Shown one piece after another: positions 58,210-64,000 of a stretch of DNA of 64,000 bases; the stretch's first letter is position 1, and the number at the start of each line of letters is the position of its first letter. Source of the stretch: Eubacteriales bacterium (GTDB taxonomy: Bacteria; Bacillota; Clostridia; Oscillospirales; CAG-272). Below the pieces are notes generated by a model that did not search any database, was not told the DNA's origin, and saw nothing but the letters and a program-made list of their open reading frames with translations. A program made the translations under genes and the position numbers. Where the stretch lies: positions 14,960 to 78,959 of the forward strand of contig JAZSOK010000163.1 in the NCBI GenBank assembly GCA_045536865.1, written 5' to 3'.

Positions 58210-59655
58210 TTATTTGATCACGCAATAGTCAACGCCGAGCGCCTCTGCAATTTTAACGAGTTCATCCGCATGATGTCCGATGCCCAACGCGCAATGGTGC
58301 GTAGGACCTGCCATGACCCACTTTTTAACGAACTCTTTGGTGGTCGGCTCAAAAAAGCCGCGTGTGTTTGTGTTGCCCGTCGGGGGAATCGGTCCTTTTT
58401 TGGAAAGGCCTTCACCGATGACAAACTTAAAGCGACCGTCGGCGTTTTGAGAAATACTGAGCATGGTAATGGGGCCTTCTTTGATCTTAAATTCAACGGA
58501 AGCGCCACTGCCCGGTTTGCCGTGATATTTGATGAGGCTTCTCAAAATGGGCTTTCCGTCGGCGATGCGTAGGTGGTGCGGCCCGTCGTGCCCCACCAAA
58601 ATGAAGTCTTCTTCAAAATCAAAGGGATGAAGCTCCGCAAAACTACCGCCGATATCCAATCTATCCATAATGAGCATGGCGACACAGGTTTTGATGTCAA
58701 ATTCGCCGCACATGGGCGTGCCCTGTGCATTCAGAAGCGAGTTACCGACGACGAGAGAAGAGGCGACTTTTCGTTGCGCGCTCCCTTCCTTGCCTTCGTA
58801 ATAATAAGCCAAGCCCGTCAGGTGATACTTGTCAACCAATCTGTCGAGTGCGGCGGCACCCTTGGCGGCACGGAGCAAATCTGCCTCCGTCACCTTGGTG
58901 GTGACGGGGTCCGAAACGGGGTTCGGCATGTCAAATTCCTCACGGATGACGGACAGTTTGTTTTGAATTTCTTCTTCGGTGACCGCCTCGTATTCCTCCA
59001 CCAAGTCGTCAATTTCAAGAAGCGGTACGTGTGCGCCAAATGCAGAAGCAATGGCGGTAGGATCGGCGTGCATGTCGTACATGGACTCCAATACATGTCC
59101 CATCAGGCCAAGGCGCGCGCCGCGCAGAGCGTGAAGCGCCTTTGCAATGTTGCACCATTTGGCTATCTCTTCTTCTGCCGCCGGATCATCGTAAAGGGTG
59201 CCAATGACGACGTCACTGACCTTTTTGCCCATGCGAATAGCGACACCCGTAAATTCGGGGACGGAGCAAATGGAGTCGTTTTCAAGTTGCATAAACGTGG
59301 ATGCTTTGGTGTAGTCAAGGGCGCGGCGCGGTTGGAGCGCCACAAGAACAACGGGCATTTGCGCTTCACGGATGATAGGCGCAAATACGGACGAGGTGGC
59401 ATAGGTCACCATGTCGCAGAAGAGGACGTCGGGCATGGCCGCTTTGATGCGCGCCGACACGTCATACGCCTTTTCCGAGGAGTCAACCATGCCAAAATCA
59501 AGAACTTCAACGTCGTTCTTTTGGAGCATGTTGCAAAAATCACGGTGGTATCCCATGATGTTGTCATAAAGACCGTCAAATTGTGCCCAATAGGTGGCAT
59601 GTGCCACAGAAAACATGGCGACACGTGCGGTGCGGGCTTCTTTTCTTTGAATCAT
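58210..59655 (-). CDS. L-arabinose isomerase (AraA)-family sugar isomerase
   Basis: About 481 aa. Segments GEFDIKTCVAMLIMDRL..GGSFAELHPFDF...LVGHDGPH and MAGPTHHCALGIGHHADELVKIAEALGVDYCVI align by eye with E. coli AraA (GEGDWKTAALLRIM.., LAGGAHHTVFS..). Start at ATG 59655 after GGAGGAG. Confidence 0.7.
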   Translation of the reverse strand: MIQRKEARTARVAMFSVAHATYWAQFDGLYDNIMGYHRDFCNMLQKNDVEVLDFGMVDSSEKAYDVSARIKAAMPDVLFCDMVTYATSSVFAPIIREAQMPVVLVALQPRRALDYTKASTFMQLENDSICSVPEFTGVAIRMGKKVSDVVIGTLYDDPAAEEEIAKWCNIAKALHALRGARLGLMGHVLESMYDMHADPTAIASAFGAHVPLLEIDDLVEEYEAVTEEEIQNKLSVIREEFDMPNPVSDPVTTKVTEADLLRAAKGAAALDRLVDKYHLTGLAYYYEGKEGSAQRKVASSLVVGNSLLNAQGTPMCGEFDIKTCVAMLIMDRLDIGGSFAELHPFDFEEDFILVGHDGPHHLRIADGKPILRSLIKYHGKPGSGASVEFKIKEGPITMLSISQNADGRFKFVIGEGLSKKGPIPPTGNTNTRGFFEPTTKEFVKKWVMAGPTHHCALGIGHHADELVKIAEALGVDYCVIK

Positions 59656-59782
59656 TTTATCTCTCCTCCATGTTGATTGAACACATTTTAACACATTTTT
59701 TCTTTTTTTTACATGTCCAAAACAAAGACTTTTTTGTCAAAAACAAAGATTTTTAATTCGTGCGTTCAAAAAACATAAAAAG

Positions 59783-59818
59783 AGATGCGCCCGTTAGAAA
59801 CCGTAACGGGCGCATCCC
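59783..59818 (-). terminator. Intrinsic terminator after the GT2 gene
   Basis: gatgcgcccgtta-N..-taacgggcgcatc, with a T-run on the minus strand. Confidence 0.75.
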
Positions 59819-59862
59819 TTTTGGTGTGAATGACGGAAGCGCGTTTTTGTTGGATGCCGTCA

Positions 59863-60804
59863 TCAATGCAAATCTGTTTCGATGATAAAACGCGGACGGC
59901 TTTTTGTTTCCATATAAATTTTGCCGATATATTCGCCGATGACGCCGAGTGCCAAAAGTTGCAAGCCTCCTATCGCCCAAATGGAGACGGAAAGGGAGGT
60001 CCATCCGCTGATCGTGTTGCCTGTGAAATGGCGGATGAGAGAATAAATAAGGACGGCAATGCTTGTAAGAAAGATGACGAAGCCGAGGGTGGCAATCAAA
60101 CGGATGGGGCGAACGGACATGGAGGTAATGCCCTCAAAGGCAAAGGAAAGCATCTTTTTCAGAGGATATTTTGATTCGCCTGCCGCACGGACACCCCGTT
60201 CGTAGGTGACGGTTGCCGTCTTGTATCCGATAAGAGGAACAAGGCCGCGCAAAAAGAGGTTGACCTCCTTAAATTCGGCGAGCCCGTCGAGCGCACGGTT
60301 GCTCATGAGGCGAAAATCGGCGTGGTCGTAGACGGTATCAACACCGAGGGCACGCATCAATTTGTAAAAGCCACGGGCAGTGGCGCGCTTAAAGAACGAG
60401 TCCTTTTTACGGGAGGAACGCACGCCGTACACAATGTCCGCACCCTTTTCGTATTCGTCCAGCATACGGTCAATGGCGTGAATGTCGTCCTGCAAATCGG
60501 CATCAAGGCTAATCGTGATGTCACAGCGGTCACGAACGGTCATAAGACCTGCCAAAAGCGCATTTTGGTGTCCCTTGTTGCGCGAAAGTTTGAGGCCCGT
60601 GAAAACGGGGGTGGAGAGATGAAGTTCTTGTATGATGTCCCACGTCTTATCGCGAGAGCCGTCGTCAACGAACACGATACGGCTATCGGCGGAAATGCGA
60701 CCGGAGTTGCATAGGGCGGTGATTTTTTCAAGAAGGGCAGTGGCGGTTTTTGGGAGAACCTCTTCTTCGTTATAGCAGGGGACAACGAGGTAAAGTGTGG
60801 TCAT
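59863..60804 (-). CDS. GT2 polyprenol-phosphate glycosyltransferase (GtrB/CsbB-like) with two C-terminal TM helices
   Basis: LYLVVPCYNEEEVL...VDDGSRDKT...LDADLQD, plus the C-terminal membrane helices typical of bactoprenol glucosyltransferases. Confidence 0.88.
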   Translation of the reverse strand: MTTLYLVVPCYNEEEVLPKTATALLEKITALCNSGRISADSRIVFVDDGSRDKTWDIIQELHLSTPVFTGLKLSRNKGHQNALLAGLMTVRDRCDITISLDADLQDDIHAIDRMLDEYEKGADIVYGVRSSRKKDSFFKRATARGFYKLMRALGVDTVYDHADFRLMSNRALDGLAEFKEVNLFLRGLVPLIGYKTATVTYERGVRAAGESKYPLKKMLSFAFEGITSMSVRPIRLIATLGFVIFLTSIAVLIYSLIRHFTGNTISGWTSLSVSIWAIGGLQLLALGVIGEYIGKIYMETKSRPRFIIETDLH

Positions 60805-60852
60805 AAAACGCTCCTTTCGCTTGGGCGCGTGAATACGGGTCTTTCTTCGAGA

Positions 60853-61296
60853 TTATTTTTTATCGCGGAAAGCAAAAAACTTTCCCGTTAAATAATTACA
60901 GATCATGACGATGGCAGAAACGAGAAGTTTGGCGATGAGATTGTTCATGCCGAAGTAGATAAAGGCGGCGGGGAGAAAAATTTCAAGGACACCCGAGGCG
61001 GTACGGGTGGCGTAAAAGGCAAGGAGTTGGAAGAAAAAAACGCCTTTCGAATTCGTTTTTGAGCGAAAAACCAAATATTTGTTGACAAAAAAGGCGAATA
61101 GAACGGCAAAGAACCACGCAATGCCGTTAGAAATCACAGAAGCAAGCGCCTCGCCTACAAGGGGAGAAAAAACCAGATAAAAGCAGGGAATGTAAATGGC
61201 AAGGTTGACGGCGGTGGTGAGTGCTCCTGCAAAAAGAAAGCGCAGAGCCTCACCGTATTTCGGGTGATCCAAGAGGGCGGTTATTTTTTTAAACAT
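60853..61296 (-). CDS. GtrA-family membrane protein
   Basis: 147 aa, four transmembrane segments, LRFLFAGALTTAVNL N-terminal motif. Upstream partner of the GtrB-like gene. Confidence 0.8.
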   Translation of the reverse strand: MFKKITALLDHPKYGEALRFLFAGALTTAVNLAIYIPCFYLVFSPLVGEALASVISNGIAWFFAVLFAFFVNKYLVFRSKTNSKGVFFFQLLAFYATRTASGVLEIFLPAAFIYFGMNNLIAKLLVSAIVMICNYLTGKFFAFRDKK

Positions 61297-61589
61297 ATCA
61301 AACCTCGGTTGTTCTTATGAATGGAAGGTCTTTATCGGGGCGTGCGGTGCTATGCCCATATTCTATTATACATGATAATTGCATGAAAATCAAGACAAAC
61401 GAACAAAAAGGCAAAAGATAACGGCTTTTTGAGAGCGATTTGGCAAAAAGAGGTTGTTTTTATAAATTATCGCTTAAAATTCCAAAAATGTTCACAAATT
61501 ATCAAAAGTTTGTGCTATAATATATAAGTGGTACTCTTTCGTTTTCAAAAAGAACGGAGCATCGTGACGGTGCGGAAAGGTGGATTGCC

Positions 61590-62474
61590 GTGTTTGGGTA
61601 CGTCAGGCCGCGACAAGCGGATCTTTTGGTGCGGGAATACGACTTTTACCGTGCGGTTTACTGTGGTGTGTGCCGTTCTATGAAAAAGAAAACGGGACGA
61701 CTGTCGTCGTTTTCTCTCAGTTACGATATTGTATTTTTGGCGTTGGTGCGTATGCTATACGACGATCGTGAAGCCCTTCGCTGTGAGCGTTGCCGTTGCA
61801 TGGCGCATCCGTGCCGCAAGCGCGATATGGTGATGGGGGTGGAGTCACTTGACTTCGCCGCACGCGCCTCCGCCGTGCTCAGTTATCATAAGTTGAAGGA
61901 CGACATTGCCGACGACGGCTTTTGGCGCACGCTTCCGCGCCGCGCGCTTTTGCCCGTCTTTTCGTCGGCTCGACGCCGCGCAAAGATGGCGGAGACGGAC
62001 GAGCGGCTTTGCACATACTTACAAGAACTTCGCGCCATGGAGAGGGAAAAACTCCCGTCGGTTGATCGCCCCGCGCATCTTTGCGGACAGGCGCTTGGCG
62101 AAATCTTTCGCGCCGAAACGGAGCATTTGTCCATCGCAAAAGAGGACTCGGAGGACACCGCCGACGTTCTTTATTCGATAGGATACGAACTTGGGCGGTT
62201 CGTTTATGCGGCGGACGCGGCAGACGACTATGACGATGATTGCCGAAACGATTCTTATAATCCCTACCGTTGCTTATGGGGTGACGGCGGTCTTTCGAAA
62301 GAAACGCGGCGAGATATCCATATGGGGCTTATGCTACAACTTGAAGCCTTGGAGCGCGCCGTTCTCCGCCTGCCCTTTAACGGTGCCGACGCGGTCGAGA
62401 ATATCATCAAAAACATTATATACATGGGCTTGCCCGATAAGATAGCCTTCCTTTTGGAAGCGCCAACCGCGTGA
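61590..62474 (+). CDS. DUF5685-like protein (Cys-rich N-terminus)
   Basis: MFGYVRPRQADLLVREYDFYRAVYCGVCRSMKK... recalls the DUF5685 N-terminus. GTG start after GGAAAGGTGGA. Confidence 0.55.
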   Translation: MFGYVRPRQADLLVREYDFYRAVYCGVCRSMKKKTGRLSSFSLSYDIVFLALVRMLYDDREALRCERCRCMAHPCRKRDMVMGVESLDFAARASAVLSYHKLKDDIADDGFWRTLPRRALLPVFSSARRRAKMAETDERLCTYLQELRAMEREKLPSVDRPAHLCGQALGEIFRAETEHLSIAKEDSEDTADVLYSIGYELGRFVYAADAADDYDDDCRNDSYNPYRCLWGDGGLSKETRRDIHMGLMLQLEALERAVLRLPFNGADAVENIIKNIIYMGLPDKIAFLLEAPTA

Positions 62475-62588
62475 GCAGTGACGAAAAAACAGCGATAAAT
62501 TTTGCGCTTTATACATAAAAAGACATGACAGTGTCAATCAAAACAATCAACGAGTGTCGCTATGGCACGAAGGAAACGGGGTTTAACT

Positions 62589-63182
62589 ATGAAAGATCCA
62601 TATAAAATATTAGGGGTATCTCCCGATGCGGATGATGAGGAAATCAAGCACGCCTATCGGGAATTAGCGCGTAAATATCACCCCGACAATTTTTCGGCAG
62701 ACAATCCGCTTGCGGATTTAGCCACCGAAAAGATGAAGGAAATCAACGAGGCGTACAACGAAATCCGCAATTTGCGTGCAGGCAAGGGCGGATCTTCTTC
62801 CTCTTTTTCTGACATTCGCACCATGATTAACAGAGGGCGGTATGCCGATGCGGACACCGAACTTGAAAAGGTTCCCGCGCATTTGCGTTCTGCCGAGTGG
62901 CACTACTTAAAGAGCGTGGTTTATATGCGGCGCGGATGGACGAACGATGCCATGAACGAGTTGAACCGTGCATGCGAAATGGACCCCAACAATATGGAGT
63001 ACAGACAAGCGCGAGATATGTTTCAGTCGCGCGCCGCGGGATACGGCGGCGATTATCGCGGCGGACCTAACGGTCCGACAAGCGCACGGGGCGGTTGCTC
63101 TACTTGCGATATGTGTTCTGGTCTTTTGGCCGCCGATTGTTGTTGTGAATGCCTTGGCGGCGACTTGATCAGTTGTTGTTGA
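62589..63182 (+). CDS. J-domain protein with TPR-like middle and C-terminal cysteine-string tail
   Basis: [31 protein letters not shown] (J domain with HPD). The tail [28 protein letters not shown] has 9 Cys in 28 residues. Confidence 0.85.
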   Translation: MKDPYKILGVSPDADDEEIKHAYRELARKYHPDNFSADNPLADLATEKMKEINEAYNEIRNLRAGKGGSSSSFSDIRTMINRGRYADADTELEKVPAHLRSAEWHYLKSVVYMRRGWTNDAMNELNRACEMDPNNMEYRQARDMFQSRAAGYGGDYRGGPNGPTSARGGCSTCDMCSGLLAADCCCECLGGDLISCC

Positions 63183-63183
63183 C

Positions 63184-63738
63184 ATGCGGCCGCAGAAAAA
63201 ACTCAGTCTTGCCGCCGTTATGGCGGCACTGGGTATCGTTTTAATGTATATGGGCGCGCTTTTGCAGATACTGGACCTGACAACGGTGGCGGTGGCCTCC
63301 TTGTTGGTCGTGTTGGCGCGCATTGAACTCGGCGCCCCCTATGATTGGCTCGTGTACGGCGTGACGGGTGCCCTGACTCTTATTTTGATGGTGGGTATCA
63401 ATCCCTTTATTCCTTTCTTTTATATTCTTTACGGAGGCATGTACCCCATCTTAAAGGCGTATATTGAACGGTTGCCCCGTGCGCTTATCGTAACGGTCAA
63501 AAGCATCTATTTTTTCTTAATTTGTCTGGTGATGGTAGGCGGCGCGTATCTATTTACCCGTTTCGTTATGGGACTGCCCTTTTTCGAAGGCGGCATGGCG
63601 GCGTATACGGGCATTCTTTTGTTTGCCATTTACGTGATTGCGGTACTGGTGTCGTTTGTGTTTGATATGCTGCTGACACAACTGATTGTGATATACATGC
63701 GCCGCATCCGTCCTAAAATCGCCTCTATCTTTCGGTAA
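63184..63738 (+). CDS. Hypothetical polytopic membrane protein
   Basis: The ATG lies 1 nt after the upstream TGA. About five hydrophobic segments. No family recognised. Confidence 0.55.
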   Translation: MRPQKKLSLAAVMAALGIVLMYMGALLQILDLTTVAVASLLVVLARIELGAPYDWLVYGVTGALTLILMVGINPFIPFFYILYGGMYPILKAYIERLPRALIVTVKSIYFFLICLVMVGGAYLFTRFVMGLPFFEGGMAAYTGILLFAIYVIAVLVSFVFDMLLTQLIVIYMRRIRPKIASIFR

Positions 63739-63765
63739 AAATGAGCCAAATAATGGGTGAACGAT

Positions 63766-64000
63766 ATGAAAAAAGAAAAGACTGCGAAAAGTCAGATAAA
63801 GGTGGGATTTGTATCCCTCGGTTGCGCGAAAAATCAAGTGGATACCGAGGTTATGCTACACCATCTTGTCAGTGCGGGCTATGAAATCACGCCCGAGGAT
63901 ATAGACGCCGACGTGATTATCGTCAATACCTGCGGCTTTATTGAGAGCGCCAAGCAGGAATCCATTGACAATATTCTTGACGTGGCGTGGCTCAAAAAGA
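63766..64000 (+). CDS. rimO: Ribosomal protein S12 methylthiotransferase RimO (MiaB-like radical SAM), 5' partial
   Basis: [19 protein letters not shown]...[20 protein letters not shown] is the UPF0004 N-terminal domain. Truncated by the window edge. Confidence 0.75.
   Translation, partial: MKKEKTAKSQIKVGFVSLGCAKNQVDTEVMLHHLVSAGYEITPEDIDADVIIVNTCGFIESAKQESIDNILDVAWLKK

Noticed and set aside
58573-59676. 367-aa plus-strand ORF inside the AraA-like gene
   Set aside because: It is an antisense shadow ORF, and its composition (R/G/H/V-rich) is not protein-like.

Overview
This window is the replication-origin neighbourhood of a Firmicutes chromosome. It looks Clostridia-like, spoIIE points to an endospore former, and GC is roughly 50% by eye. 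All calls come from reading the sequence and ORF track and from recalled family motifs; no searches were run.

Layout:
- 2.5-11.5 kb, minus strand: dnaA-dnaN-recF-remB-gyrB-gyrA, with DnaA boxes and AT-rich DNA on both sides of dnaA.
- 13.3-15.3 kb: soj-spo0J with two perfect parS sites.
- 16.7-17.2 kb: a roughly 470-bp A-tract-rich non-coding stretch.
- 18.3-32.3 kb, plus strand: an envelope block. It holds an ABC ATPase, an ABC-2 permease, two GldG-like proteins and a DUF4340-like protein. These are followed by three paralogous lipoproteins that look like trigger factor without its ribosome-binding domain, interleaved with rnhA and an S41 lipoprotein protease.
- 32.4-38.9 kb: hrcA-grpE-dnaK-dnaJ with CIRCE, plus a PBP5-like gene whose catalytic motifs are all degenerate.
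- 39-54.6 kb: rny-ymdB, spoIIE, ireB-ribF, prmA-rsmE, a PucR-type regulator with two more S41 proteases, and greA-lysS.
- 54.7-57.1 kb: a lower-GC islet with three XRE regulators and a SLOG/DUF1273 gene plus a truncated copy.
- 57.2-64 kb: an AraA-like isomerase, a GtrA/GtrB-like pair, a DUF5685 + J-domain cysteine-string + membrane protein trio, and the 5' end of rimO.

No rRNA, tRNA, CRISPR array, transposase or integrase was recognised.

Most notable observations:
- gyrB carries a single in-frame TGA.
- The lipid-anchored trigger-factor paralogues sit directly downstream of the GldG-type ABC cluster.
- The PBP5-like protein appears to be a pseudo-enzyme in the heat-shock operon.
- The XRE/SLOG islet shows a duplicated regulator-effector module.
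- The DUF5685 / J-domain cysteine-string / membrane trio is tightly linked.
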